A stretch of 64,000 nt of DNA from an uncultured Candidatus Saccharibacteria bacterium (GCA_964505635.1 CAZDIP010000001.1:116386-180385), one strand, 5' to 3'. Counted from the stretch's first letter, positions 30,407 to 39,209 are shown. Notes: a model not told the origin generated them from the sequence alone. A program made the numbers and translations.

Positions 30407-31093
30407 ATGAATAAAGTAATTATAATTTCCGGAGGCGCCGAGGGTTTAGGCCAGGCTTTGGCCGAAAAACTAAGCAAAAATAACCGGGTGGTTATTTTAG
30501 CCCGCGACGAAAAAAAGGCCAAACAGGCTGCAGAGCAACTTAAATGTGATTATAAATTATGCGACGTGTCTGTTTACAGCCAGGTCGAAAAGGCGGTTTT
30601 GGAAATTATAAAAACTTACAAAAAAATAGATGTGGTTGTAAACAACGCAGGGCTTTGGATAGAAGGGGATTTGGAAAAAAATGACCCAAATCGTATTAAA
30701 GAAGTTATAAACTCTAATACCTTAGGCACCATTTTTTTAACCCGGGCTGTTTTGCCACACTTTAAAAAACGAAAAAGCGGGGCAATTATAAACGTAATTT
30801 CCCGTGCCGGGGTGAATTTAAAGCCAGAGCGCTCGGTTTACCAGGCTTCCAAATGGGCGATTACTGGTTTTACCAAATCTTTGGAAATTGAGCTCGCGCC
30901 CTTTAATATACGGGTGTGTGGAATCTACCCGGGCAAAATCAATACAAGCTTGTTTAAAAACGCTGGAGTAAAGAAAAATTTATCTGATTCTTTAAAAGCA
31001 GGGGATGTGGCAAACGCAGTGGAGTTTATGATAAATATTAAGGAAAGTGTAAGAATTCCGCATTTAGAAATAGTAAGTATGAAAAATTTTTAA
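30407..31093 (+). CDS. short-chain dehydrogenase/reductase (SDR)
   Basis: VIIISGGAEGLGQALA (TGxxxGxG-like), NNAG, YQASKWAITGF (YxxxK). Confidence 0.75.
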   Translation: MNKVIIISGGAEGLGQALAEKLSKNNRVVILARDEKKAKQAAEQLKCDYKLCDVSVYSQVEKAVLEIIKTYKKIDVVVNNAGLWIEGDLEKNDPNRIKEVINSNTLGTIFLTRAVLPHFKKRKSGAIINVISRAGVNLKPERSVYQASKWAITGFTKSLEIELAPFNIRVCGIYPGKINTSLFKNAGVKKNLSDSLKAGDVANAVEFMINIKESVRIPHLEIVSMKNF

Positions 31094-31094
31094 T

Positions 31095-31279
31095 AAATTT
31101 GAAGGGCGGGCACATACAGCGTGCCCGCCCAAAGGAGTTAGTCTTTAGAGGTTGCGCGTTCTAGCAACGCGCGTCTCACCTCCCAAGACAGCCCGCGGAT
31201 TTGTAGAAACCGTTGGGCCTCCTCCTTTGTCATGGGCCCGATGTCAATCGGGCCCTCAGCTGGTTTTTCATTTCGCATA
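31095..31279 (-). ncRNA. candidate structured RNA element (GC-rich multi-hairpin region); orientation uncertain
   Basis: About 55 percent GC island in AT-rich DNA. Three perfect hairpins: GGGCGGGCAC/GUGCCCGCCC at 31108..31134, GCGCGTT/AACGCGC at 31155..31173, GGGCCCGAT/ATCGGGCCC at 31234..31255. An enclosing CAAAGGAG / CTCCTTTG pairing spans 31131..31138 and 31222..31229. A minus-strand promoter lies at 31286..31314. Confidence 0.3.
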
Positions 31280-31285
31280 ACTCAT

Positions 31286-31314
31286 ATTTTAACATAAATT
31301 TAGTTATTTGTCAA
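31286..31314 (-). promoter_or_regulatory. consensus-like promoter TTGACA-N17-TAAAAT on the minus strand reading into the GC-rich element
   Basis: rc of 31309..31314 = TTGACA and rc of 31286..31291 = TAAAAT. It overlaps the murB start region. Confidence 0.35.
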
Positions 31315-32423
31315 TGGAAATTAAAGAAAAAATAAACTTAAAACCCTATACCACGTTTAAAATTGGGGGCTTTGCCGAGTACTTTTGCGAAGTTGAAGAC
31401 CAGTTTGATGCTTTAACGGCTTTTGAATTTGCCGCGGAAAAAAAACTTCAGGTATTTATTTTGGGCGGTGGCAGCAACTTGCTTATAAGCGATAAGGGTT
31501 TTGGCGGTTTGGTTGTAAGGGTTATAAATAAAGGCATTGAAATTATTTCAAAAAGCCAGGGTGAAAGCGAATCGGATACAATTTATTTAAAAGTTGCTTC
31601 GGGCGAGAATTGGGATAGCGTAGTTGAGTTCGCGGTTAAAAATAATTGGTGGGGCATGGAAAATTTGTCCCATATTCCCGGCTCTACCGGAGCCATTGCG
31701 GTGCAAAACGTCGGAGCCTACGGACAGGAGGCTAAAAATATTATTGATTCAGTCACGGTGTTTGACACAAAAACCCGGCAAATTTTAAATTTGGCCGCCA
31801 AAGATTGCGGTTTTGAATATAGGAAAAGCATGTTTAACAATTCCCAAAAAGGGCGCTATATAATTTTTTATATTACTTTTAAATTATCCAAGACACCTAA
31901 ACCGCTTTTAGAGTACAAGGATTTAAAAAAAAGTTTTTCCAATACCCAGGCCAAAACCATGCAGTTACTTTCTGAAATAAGACAGGCTGTAATATCTATC
32001 CGCGATAAAAAATTTCCTTTCCCAACACAGGCAAAAAACGGCAATGCCGGTTCATTTTTTAAAAACCTAATTTTAAGTGGTGAAGAGTATTTAGCTTTAA
32101 AAGCAAAGGTTGAAGTAACCAGTGGAAGCGAAGCTTCGCAGCAATTGGAGAATAAAAAATTTAACGAAGGTAATATTATAAAAATTCCAACAGCTTTTTT
32201 AATGGATATTTGCGATTTGAAAAATTTAGAAGAAGGCGGGGCAGCTATCAACCATAACCAACCTTTGGTAATTATCAATAAAAATGGAAAAGCGACAGCT
32301 GAAAATGTTTTAAATTTGGCAAAAAAAGTAAAGAATACCGTTTATAAAAGATTGGGTATAAATATCCACATAGAACCGGAATTACTGGGGTTTTCTCCAG
32401 AAGAATTGAATGGTATAATATGA
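31314..32423 (+). CDS. murB: UDP-N-acetylenolpyruvoylglucosamine reductase, C-terminally extended
   Basis: KPYTTFKIGGFAEYF ... ILGGGSNLLISD (FAD-binding). About 370 aa. The ATG at 31314 is preferred over the track TTG at 31308. Confidence 0.75.
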   Translation: MEIKEKINLKPYTTFKIGGFAEYFCEVEDQFDALTAFEFAAEKKLQVFILGGGSNLLISDKGFGGLVVRVINKGIEIISKSQGESESDTIYLKVASGENWDSVVEFAVKNNWWGMENLSHIPGSTGAIAVQNVGAYGQEAKNIIDSVTVFDTKTRQILNLAAKDCGFEYRKSMFNNSQKGRYIIFYITFKLSKTPKPLLEYKDLKKSFSNTQAKTMQLLSEIRQAVISIRDKKFPFPTQAKNGNAGSFFKNLILSGEEYLALKAKVEVTSGSEASQQLENKKFNEGNIIKIPTAFLMDICDLKNLEEGGAAINHNQPLVIINKNGKATAENVLNLAKKVKNTVYKRLGINIHIEPELLGFSPEELNGII

Positions 32424-32569
32424 GAAGAAAATGAACGCATACCGGCTGGTAGAGTTTTATAGCGAGTCCCAACTAAAGAATAAATAGATTAATTCGCTTA
32501 TACACTCCTCTGAATGCAGACATCGTCCGTTACCTGATTCAATATAAGTTTAATATTAATACAAAATCC

Positions 32570-32893
32570 GTGAACATAAATATAAAGGCCACCAATACTA
32601 CTTTGACACCGGCAATTAGGCAAACAATAGAAGACAAAATTCAAGTTTTAGATAAATTCGTCAAAGCTGAGCACAAAATTCGGGTTGAATTGGAGGTTTT
32701 AAAAAAACATCACAAGGGCCTGGTGCACAGAGCGGAAATTGATATTCAGCCGGGAGGCTACTACGCCGACAGTCTGGGTGTGGACTTTTATGCGGCTTTG
32801 GATTTGGTTTTGCCAAAAATCAGGGAACAACTGGCTAAAAAGAAAGACAAAGAGGTGAGTATGCGCAGGCGAGCCGCAAGGAAGAGTATTTGA
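32570..32893 (+). CDS. hpf: ribosome hibernation promoting factor (RaiA/HPF, S30AE family)
   Basis: NINIKATNTTLTPAIRQTIEDKI ... VHRAEIDI. GTG start. Confidence 0.75.
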   Translation: MNINIKATNTTLTPAIRQTIEDKIQVLDKFVKAEHKIRVELEVLKKHHKGLVHRAEIDIQPGGYYADSLGVDFYAALDLVLPKIREQLAKKKDKEVSMRRRAARKSI

Positions 32894-33006
32894 CAATAAA
32901 AAAAATTACTTTATACTTGTACTATGTTAAGTTTCGGATTAAATTTAAATAATTCCTGGCCTTGGTTTTGCGTCACTTCGCAAAGCCGTGGTTTTAAAGT
33001 ACTTAC

Positions 33007-33022
33007 TTAATTACGTAATTAA
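33007..33022. promoter_or_regulatory. perfect 16-bp palindrome TTAATTACGTAATTAA
   Basis: Read directly, flanked by ACTTAC direct repeats. It lies upstream of the GC-rich gene. Confidence 0.4.
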
Positions 33023-33030
33023 TTACTTAC

Positions 33031-33058
33031 CCACCTTCTTTGCGAAGGTGGTTTTTTT
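33031..33058 (+). terminator. rho-independent terminator CCACCTTC-TTTGC-GAAGGTGG + T7
   Basis: 8-bp stem followed by TTTTTTT, read directly. Confidence 0.65.
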
Positions 33059-33066
33059 GTGCGGTT

Positions 33067-33101
33067 TAATAACTAATCTTACTTTATCAGGTTAGTTATT
33101 A
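33067..33101. promoter_or_regulatory. inverted repeat TAATAACTAA-N15-TTAGTTATTA (candidate operator) upstream of the GC-rich gene
   Basis: Perfect 10-bp arms, read directly, 30 to 65 nt upstream of the ATG at 33134. Confidence 0.4.
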
Positions 33102-33133
33102 GCCCACACATTAGGGCTATACTTATAGGAGGC

Positions 33134-33946
33134 TTGATGGGGACAAGAAGCTCGCAAGAACTATACAGGCTTTGCAACCTCGTTTTTCCTGTCTCTGAAC
33201 TTTTGCCCGAAATCCCAGATTGGGTAAAACGGGCGATTGGCCAGAGATTGACACGCGATAAAATAACCCTGGTTTCGGCAGTTTGTCCTGACTACGAAAT
33301 CAAGAACGGTAAATTCACTTACAAGGCCATGGGTCGTGATGCGCCACACACAGCGCTTCAGCACCTCAAATTAATGAAGGGTGCATGTGACGCATTGGAA
33401 AGTTTGGGTGTAGAGGTGGATTACCAGATGACACTGGCCGATACGGAGCTTGACCTGCCTTTAGTGGTAAATAACCTCGCCGGAGGAAGCAAGGACATTT
33501 TTCTTGAGAAGTGCCAGGAAAGTTGCAGAGTTCTTGAGCGACAAGCCGAGAGACTCGGAGTTCGGCTGCTGGGATGCAGGCGCTTTACGGAAGCATTCAG
33601 CAACTGGTACTGTGTTTACGAACGTGCCCGGCAGGTCCTGGAGGCGGAGATGTCGAATTCCTGGGCGCTCAAGCACGAATTAAACATCAGTTCACAAAGC
33701 CGCCTGCCACTTTACAAAGCCATGGCCGGACAGCAGGTTGGCCTGGATTACTGCCGTGAAATGGTAGTGCGCCAGTGGGCGCAATACATGACTTGGGGTG
33801 AATGTGCCGAAGGTTTGTACGGGTCTGGTTTGGTAATGATTAACCATTCAACACCCAACTTGGGCAAGGTTAACTATCCCAAATTTCGGGCTGGGAAACA
33901 ACGAATACCCATTCTGAAACTCAACATCTCTACCATGCCCGAATAG
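33134..33946 (+). CDS. hypothetical protein encoded by a GC-rich (about 50 percent GC) island; family not recognised
   Basis: 270-aa ORF with a strong SD (TAGGAGG, 5 nt before ATG), its own terminator, and compositionally foreign codon usage (CTG, CGC, GCC rich). Nine Cys. No recognisable catalytic motif. Confidence 0.5.
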   Translation: MMGTRSSQELYRLCNLVFPVSELLPEIPDWVKRAIGQRLTRDKITLVSAVCPDYEIKNGKFTYKAMGRDAPHTALQHLKLMKGACDALESLGVEVDYQMTLADTELDLPLVVNNLAGGSKDIFLEKCQESCRVLERQAERLGVRLLGCRRFTEAFSNWYCVYERARQVLEAEMSNSWALKHELNISSQSRLPLYKAMAGQQVGLDYCREMVVRQWAQYMTWGECAEGLYGSGLVMINHSTPNLGKVNYPKFRAGKQRIPILKLNISTMPE

Positions 33947-33966
33947 GTGAGCAACTTGTAAACGCG

Positions 33967-33999
33967 CGGCTCTCTGCAAAGGGAGCCGTGAAATTTTTG
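33967..33999 (+). terminator. terminator hairpin CGGCTCTC-TGCAAA-GGGAGCCG followed by T-rich tract
   Basis: 8-bp stem with one GU, then TGAAATTTTTGTT. Confidence 0.5.
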
Positions 34000-34017
34000 T
34001 TATAATTAAGTAAATTT

Positions 34018-34665
34018 ATGAAAAATATTTTTTTAATCACGAGTGCCCCCATAATAAATGCCATACACCCCTATGGCCTATATGACTCGTATAGTTTGGT
34101 TTCTCAAGACAAGTTATTTGCACCTTTAGCAAGTAAAGCAAAAAAATTACTTTTCTTTAAAAAAAAGAAAATTTTAAAAGAGCGGGTAAGCAAAATTTTC
34201 AGCGCTGAAAAAGGTCAGACGCTTGAAACAGCTAAACTTTTAAAAACTAAAGGCGTTAAAATTTTTCCTACCAAGGCCTTAAAAAATATAACATTTTCCA
34301 TGGAATCCTGTATTTCAAAAAATACCTTTATGTCTTTAGGTACTAAAGAAGCGCTTAAAGTTGCAAGGAAACAATTCGTAATTCAATTATTTAACAATAA
34401 TCTGGGTGAGTCAATGGATTCAGTTATTTTGCGCTCAAAAATTTTAATAAATATTATGAAAAAGGAAAATAAAAACTCACTTTTTATTGGCCATAGTTTT
34501 TTTATAAAAATCTTTGAAATATTTTTAACCGACCCGAAAGCCCTTTTAAATCAACGTAAATTTGTTAATCGCTTTAATGCCGCAAATAAGCCATTCAACC
34601 CTCTTGAAGGACTAAAGATTGAATTTATCAATGGTTCAATTAGGGTTTTCAAATACAGGCTTTAA
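34018..34665 (+). CDS. hypothetical protein
   Basis: AT-rich ORF. LFIGHSFFIKIF might hint at a histidine-phosphatase-like fold, but this is not supported further. Confidence 0.35.
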   Translation: MKNIFLITSAPIINAIHPYGLYDSYSLVSQDKLFAPLASKAKKLLFFKKKKILKERVSKIFSAEKGQTLETAKLLKTKGVKIFPTKALKNITFSMESCISKNTFMSLGTKEALKVARKQFVIQLFNNNLGESMDSVILRSKILINIMKKENKNSLFIGHSFFIKIFEIFLTDPKALLNQRKFVNRFNAANKPFNPLEGLKIEFINGSIRVFKYRL

Positions 34666-34698
34666 TGCTATAATCAGCTAGTATTTATTGAATTTATT

Positions 34699-37392
34699 AT
34701 GTCTTTTTTAAGCAAATTATTCGGTGAAAAGTCAGCCTGGGATAAATATTTTTCCGAACTTGGCTATGTCAATTCGGCAAAAACGGAAATAGCAGGTTTA
34801 TCGCAAGAACAAATTAAGCAAGAAATCGCCGGTTTTAAATCCGACGTGTCGGTTTTAGAAAATAAAGAAGAAATAGCAAAAAAACTTAAAGAAATCAGGC
34901 CTAGAGTTTTTGCATTAGTCAGAGAGGCGGGCAAGCGTGTTTTAAATCAAACTCACTACGACGTGCAAATAGTTGGCGGACTTTCCTTATCTGACAACAA
35001 AATTGCGGAAATGAAAACCGGTGAGGGAAAAACCCTGACTGCCACATTGCCCCTGGTTTTGTTTGCTTTAGCCGGGAAAGGTTCGCATTTAGTTACGGTT
35101 AACGACTATTTGGCTCGGTGGCAGGCCTCCTTAATGGGCCCCTTGTTTCATTATCTGGGACTTTCAGTGGCTTCCATTCAGCACGAAGCTTCGTTTTTGT
35201 ATGACCCTGACTATAAACCGGATGAAGAAGAAATCAAGAAGGTGGAAAGCCGGACAGAGGGGCTGATTATGGACGTAAAACATATGCGTCCGGTTAGCAG
35301 AAAAGAAGCTTACGCGACTGATATTACTTATGGCACAAATAACGAGTTTGGTTTTGATTATTTGCGCGACAACATGGTCCAGCATTTTAGCCAAATGGTT
35401 CAGCGCGACCTATTTTTTGCCATTGTGGACGAAGTTGACTCAATTTTGATAGACGAAGCCCGCACCCCGTTAATAATAAGCGCGCCGGATACTGAGCCCA
35501 CCAGTAAGTATTATGATTTTGCCAAGTTAGTTGAAAGACTGGAAGAAAAAAATGACTATACGGTAGACGAAAAACACAAAGCCGCTTCTTTAAATGACGA
35601 AGGTATAAGCAAAATTGAAGAAATATTAAAGGTCCCTAATATTTACGATACGTCTAAAGGGGTTACCACTATCCACCATATAGAACAAGCTCTTCGGGCA
35701 AAAACTTTGTTTAAAAAAGACCGCGACTACGTGGTTAGAGATGGCGAAATAATTATTGTAGACGAATTTACCGGCAGACTTATGTTTGGACGCCGTTATA
35801 GCGAAGGACTTCACCAAGCTATAGAAGCCAAAGAAAACGTTAAGATCCAGCAGGAAAGTAAAACTCTGGCAACTATTACCTTCCAGAACCTTTTTAGGCT
35901 CTACATGTTTTTATCCGGCATGACAGGCACGGCTAAAACTGAGGAGGAGGAATTTTTTAAGATTTATCGCCTCACGGTTGAGCAGATACCTACGAACAAG
36001 CCCATGGTCAGAAAAGACGCTTCCGATATGGTGTACAAAACCGAAGAGGCAAAATTTATAGCTATAGCCAGGGAAGTAAAAGAGCGGAACAAAGCCGGCC
36101 AGCCGGTTTTAATTGGCACGGTGTCCATTGCAAAAAATGAAATGCTGGCCGAGGTTTTAAAAAAAGAAGGCGTACAGTTTGAAATTTTAAATGCTAAAAA
36201 CCACGAACGAGAAGCGCATATTATCTCCCAGGCAGGCCGTTTTAAAGCGGTTACATTGGCAACCAATATTGCGGGCCGCGGCGTGGACATCCTGCTCGGC
36301 GGCAATCCTGTTAGCGCTGAAGAGGCCGAAGCTGTAAAACAGGCCGGCGGACTCCATATTTTAGGTACCGAAAGGCATGAGTCCAGGCGCATAGACAACC
36401 AACTTAGGGGCCGCAGCGGCCGCCAGGGCGACCCTGGCAGCAGCCAATTTTTTGTTTCCATGGAAGACGACTTAATGCGTCTGTTTGGCGGTGAACGCAT
36501 GAAATCTTTAATGGACACTCTGGGCCTGCCTGACGACCAGCCAATAGAAGCAGGTCTCGTTTCTAAGTCAATTGAGCAAGCGCAAAAGAAAATAGAAGGA
36601 CTGAACTTTGATACCCGCAAACACGTATTGGAATTTGATGATGTGTTAAACCACCAACGTAATATAATATATAAAATACGCAGGCGTTATTTGCCGGGTT
36701 ACCCGAAAGAAAAAATAGAAGAGCAAAAAAATCTAAAACAGGAGTTTTTGGATTTGATAAAAACCGAATTTGCAGAACTTGTATCGTTGCATTTAAATGC
36801 TATTGACGAAAAGGGAAATACGACGGAAGACTGGGACAATTTAATAAAAATTTTGGGCACAATTTTGCCAATGGACACTGAATTTGTTAATTCCATAAAA
36901 GAAGAGGCAAAAAACTCGGGCAGCAAAGAATTTGCAGTGATTGATGCGCTTAACCAGAAGGCGGAAAAGTTGTTGGAAGACAAAGAAAAACAAATGGGGC
37001 AGGAAATTTTTGACGGGGCAATGCGTTTTGTCGCCCTGCAGTCCCTAGACACCCTGTGGATGGAACACCTAGACACCATGGACCACTTGCGCGACTCTGT
37101 GAGGCTTAGGGGTTACGGGCAAAGGGATCCTTTAGTAGAATACAAAAAGGAAGGGTTTTTAATGTTCCAGAACCTGGTAAAAGAAATGAACAAGCAGATG
37201 GTTTATACCATTTTCCATATTAACGTTCAAAAAGCCCCGGAGGTGCAGGAGCAAAAAAACCTGATTACCAACCAGCCGCAGGCTTCAAATCATTCTGAAG
37301 CCTCGAGTGACCCCAAATTCCAAAATATAGGCCGCAACGACCCTTGCCCGTGCGGCAGCGGAAAAAAATATAAGAAGTGTCATGGTAAATAA
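34699..37392 (+). CDS. secA: preprotein translocase ATPase SecA
   Basis: MKTGEGKTLTATLP (Walker A), DEVDSILIDEARTPLIIS, C-terminal zinc finger CPCGSGKKYKKCHG. Confidence 0.95.
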   Translation: MSFLSKLFGEKSAWDKYFSELGYVNSAKTEIAGLSQEQIKQEIAGFKSDVSVLENKEEIAKKLKEIRPRVFALVREAGKRVLNQTHYDVQIVGGLSLSDNKIAEMKTGEGKTLTATLPLVLFALAGKGSHLVTVNDYLARWQASLMGPLFHYLGLSVASIQHEASFLYDPDYKPDEEEIKKVESRTEGLIMDVKHMRPVSRKEAYATDITYGTNNEFGFDYLRDNMVQHFSQMVQRDLFFAIVDEVDSILIDEARTPLIISAPDTEPTSKYYDFAKLVERLEEKNDYTVDEKHKAASLNDEGISKIEEILKVPNIYDTSKGVTTIHHIEQALRAKTLFKKDRDYVVRDGEIIIVDEFTGRLMFGRRYSEGLHQAIEAKENVKIQQESKTLATITFQNLFRLYMFLSGMTGTAKTEEEEFFKIYRLTVEQIPTNKPMVRKDASDMVYKTEEAKFIAIAREVKERNKAGQPVLIGTVSIAKNEMLAEVLKKEGVQFEILNAKNHEREAHIISQAGRFKAVTLATNIAGRGVDILLGGNPVSAEEAEAVKQAGGLHILGTERHESRRIDNQLRGRSGRQGDPGSSQFFVSMEDDLMRLFGGERMKSLMDTLGLPDDQPIEAGLVSKSIEQAQKKIEGLNFDTRKHVLEFDDVLNHQRNIIYKIRRRYLPGYPKEKIEEQKNLKQEFLDLIKTEFAELVSLHLNAIDEKGNTTEDWDNLIKILGTILPMDTEFVNSIKEEAKNSGSKEFAVIDALNQKAEKLLEDKEKQMGQEIFDGAMRFVALQSLDTLWMEHLDTMDHLRDSVRLRGYGQRDPLVEYKKEGFLMFQNLVKEMNKQMVYTIFHINVQKAPEVQEQKNLITNQPQASNHSEASSDPKFQNIGRNDPCPCGSGKKYKKCHGK

Positions 37393-37831
37393 AGAACGGT
37401 TCAAACTAATCCCCGAAGTGCATTTAGTCCTTGTGCATGATGAAAAAATTTTGCTATCCCGAAGATTTAAGACAGGATATGAAGATGGAAATTACAGTAT
37501 GATTGCCGGACATGCAGACGGGGGAGAAACAATGCGAGAGGCAGTTGCACGAGAGGCATTGGAAGAGGGAGGTATTATCGTAAACCCGCAAGAACTTAAA
37601 CACCTGCTGACCATGCACCGCTGGTGCGGCGACCATGAACGAATAGCTTTTTTCTTTAAAGCAGAGAGGTGGCAAGGCGACATCCGCAATATGGAGCCTG
37701 GTAAATGTGACGACCTGCAATGGTTCCCGTTAAGTAAATTGCCAGATAATACCGTGTCCTACATTAGTAAAGCCATTGACTGCTGTATGAGCGGACAAAA
37801 TTACTGTGAATTTGGGTGGGGTAGTAAATAA
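37382..37831 (+). CDS. NUDIX hydrolase
   Basis: NUDIX box GHADGGETMREAVAREALEEGGI. Overlaps the secA stop by 11 nt. The coding DNA is noticeably more GC-rich than its neighbours. Confidence 0.7.
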   Translation: MVNKERFKLIPEVHLVLVHDEKILLSRRFKTGYEDGNYSMIAGHADGGETMREAVAREALEEGGIIVNPQELKHLLTMHRWCGDHERIAFFFKAERWQGDIRNMEPGKCDDLQWFPLSKLPDNTVSYISKAIDCCMSGQNYCEFGWGSK

Positions 37832-37842
37832 ATATTTTATAT

Positions 37843-38475
37843 ATGACGGACAGTAAAAAAACAACTCACCTAAAACTTGCGAGTTTTATTTACGAAACCG
37901 GGATACACAGCAAAACCCCCCGTTCGGGTTTTTGGCTTTTGGGCAGCGGTAGCCAGTCCGTAGCTGAACATTTATTCCACACGGCCATGATAGCGTATGC
38001 CCTGGCTAATTTGTACCCAAAGGCCGATATAGGAAAAATAGTCTTAATGGCTTTATTGCATGACATAGGCGAAGGCAGAACCTCCGACCACAATTATATG
38101 CACCAACGCTACGGCAGGCTTTCGGAAAGCGAGGCGGTTAAAGACTTGTCGCAAAGCGTGCCTTTCGGAAAAGAAATTTTAAACCTTTATACTGAAGAGC
38201 AGGCCAAAGTCACTTTAGAAGCGAAAATTGTCAAAGATGCCGACATTTTAGAGTGGATCTCAACGTTAAGAGTAGAAGAAATAAAAGGCAACAGCAAAGC
38301 CAAAGAGTGGATTAATATAGCAAAAAAGGGGTTAAAAACCAAGGAAGGTAAAAGTCTATGCAAGAGTTTAATAAAAATGCACCCGGATGAATGGTGGTTT
38401 AACAAAAAAGATCCTTGGTTTGTTCACCGCAAAGCCAAAGATAGGGAGTGGCAAAAAAAATATGGAAAAAAGTAA
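37843..38475 (+). CDS. HD-domain phosphohydrolase (YfbR-like 5'-deoxynucleotidase family)
   Basis: AEHLFHTAMIAYALA ... ALLHDIGEGRTSD (H..HD metal motif). Confidence 0.7.
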   Translation: MTDSKKTTHLKLASFIYETGIHSKTPRSGFWLLGSGSQSVAEHLFHTAMIAYALANLYPKADIGKIVLMALLHDIGEGRTSDHNYMHQRYGRLSESEAVKDLSQSVPFGKEILNLYTEEQAKVTLEAKIVKDADILEWISTLRVEEIKGNSKAKEWINIAKKGLKTKEGKSLCKSLIKMHPDEWWFNKKDPWFVHRKAKDREWQKKYGKK

Positions 38476-38962
38476 GTTTATTATTTGTAAAGACATTCAC
38501 AATAAAGAGTATAAAATTAGTACAGCTAAAATTGAATTCAGGCCAAGCGTATACGCGGTAATTGTAAAAAACAGCAGTGTACTTTTAGTGCCACAATGGG
38601 ATGGCTACGATTTTCCCGGAGGGGGAATGCACAAAACCGAATCAATAAAACAGGCTTTTAAAAGGGAAGTCTGGGAGGAAACAGGACTTAATGCGGAAAT
38701 AGGGGCATTACTTCTCTGTGACAATGATTTTTTTTATTCTCGCTCACAAAAACAAGGATACAATACCATTTTAATGTATTTTTCAGTAAAAAATTTCTTT
38801 GGAAAAGTAACTGATGCTAATTTTGACTCCCATGAAAAAACTTACGCAAAAAAAGCAGAATGGATTAAACTTAATAATATTAAAAGATTAAAATTTTATA
38901 ACGCTATAAACAGCGTGGAATTAATAAGAAAGGCGGAAAAAACCTATGGCAAGCGATTTTAA
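38462..38962 (+). CDS. NUDIX hydrolase (second copy)
   Basis: NUDIX box GGGMHKTESIKQAFKREVWEETGL. The internal ATG at 38462 overlaps the HD gene by 14 nt. The track start at 38387 is rejected. Confidence 0.65.
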   Translation: MEKSKFIICKDIHNKEYKISTAKIEFRPSVYAVIVKNSSVLLVPQWDGYDFPGGGMHKTESIKQAFKREVWEETGLNAEIGALLLCDNDFFYSRSQKQGYNTILMYFSVKNFFGKVTDANFDSHEKTYAKKAEWIKLNNIKRLKFYNAINSVELIRKAEKTYGKRF

Positions 38963-39209
38963 ACATAAGCAGCCAACCAAAACCGAAATGGCTTTATACG
39001 AATTAGCAAGCCATATGCAGGTAATGGACCGTAATTTGGTTACTAACTCGGCTTTTGTAGCCATATTGGCCATGCTTTCAAAAACTGACCCTAAAACCAT
39101 TGCTGAATATTTAACAACAAAACGCCAGGAAGTCCAGGATTTCAGCAAAAAAATAAACGAAGCTATAGACGAAATGGAAAAATCAGCTAAGCAGGAAATT
39201 AAGGCTTAA
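38946..39209 (+). CDS. hypothetical small helical protein
   Basis: 87-aa ORF translationally coupled between NUDIX and CYTH genes (overlap upstream, abutting downstream). Confidence 0.3.
   Translation: MASDFKHKQPTKTEMALYELASHMQVMDRNLVTNSAFVAILAMLSKTDPKTIAEYLTTKRQEVQDFSKKINEAIDEMEKSAKQEIKA

Noticed and set aside
31234-31255. Possible tRNA anticodon arm (GGGCCCGAT-TGAC-ATCGGGCCC) in the GC-rich intergenic element
   Set aside because: No acceptor stem, D-arm or T-loop (GTTCRANYC) could be built around it. A 7-nt loop reading gives a non-canonical position 37.
31138-31278. Small minus-strand ORF in the GC-rich hairpin region (first misread as 46 aa, actually 33 codons: MRNEKPAEGPIDIGPMTKEEAQRFLQSAGCLGR)
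   Set aside because: It is short and sits inside perfect hairpins. It may be a coincidental open frame in GC-rich sequence and is kept only as a note under the ncRNA candidate.
31868-32278. 136-aa minus-strand ORF inside murB, 135-aa ORF 26042..26449 inside murG, 131/111-aa ORFs 9684..10327 inside ctpA/alaS, 103-aa ORF 2210..2521 inside the flippase, 77-aa ORF 929..1162 inside the SLT gene, 89-aa ORF 18123..18392 inside rpoA
   Set aside because: All are embedded in or antisense to genes with clear conserved motifs. They show no SD or motif support.
35964-36620. 218-aa minus-strand ORF inside secA (also 36699..37079, 35164..35394)
   Set aside because: Antisense to the highly conserved SecA motor domain. 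Long open frames are expected on the opposite strand of GC-rich conserved coding sequence. Low-complexity Ser/Pro/Arg-rich translation.
38387-38461. Track-proposed N-terminal extensions (38387 NUDIX, 42857 pgeF, 10179 alaS, 31308 murB, 1176 flippase, 62929 small gene)
   Set aside because: The extensions overlap upstream genes or precede conserved family N-termini. Internal ATG codons, often with an SD, fit better.
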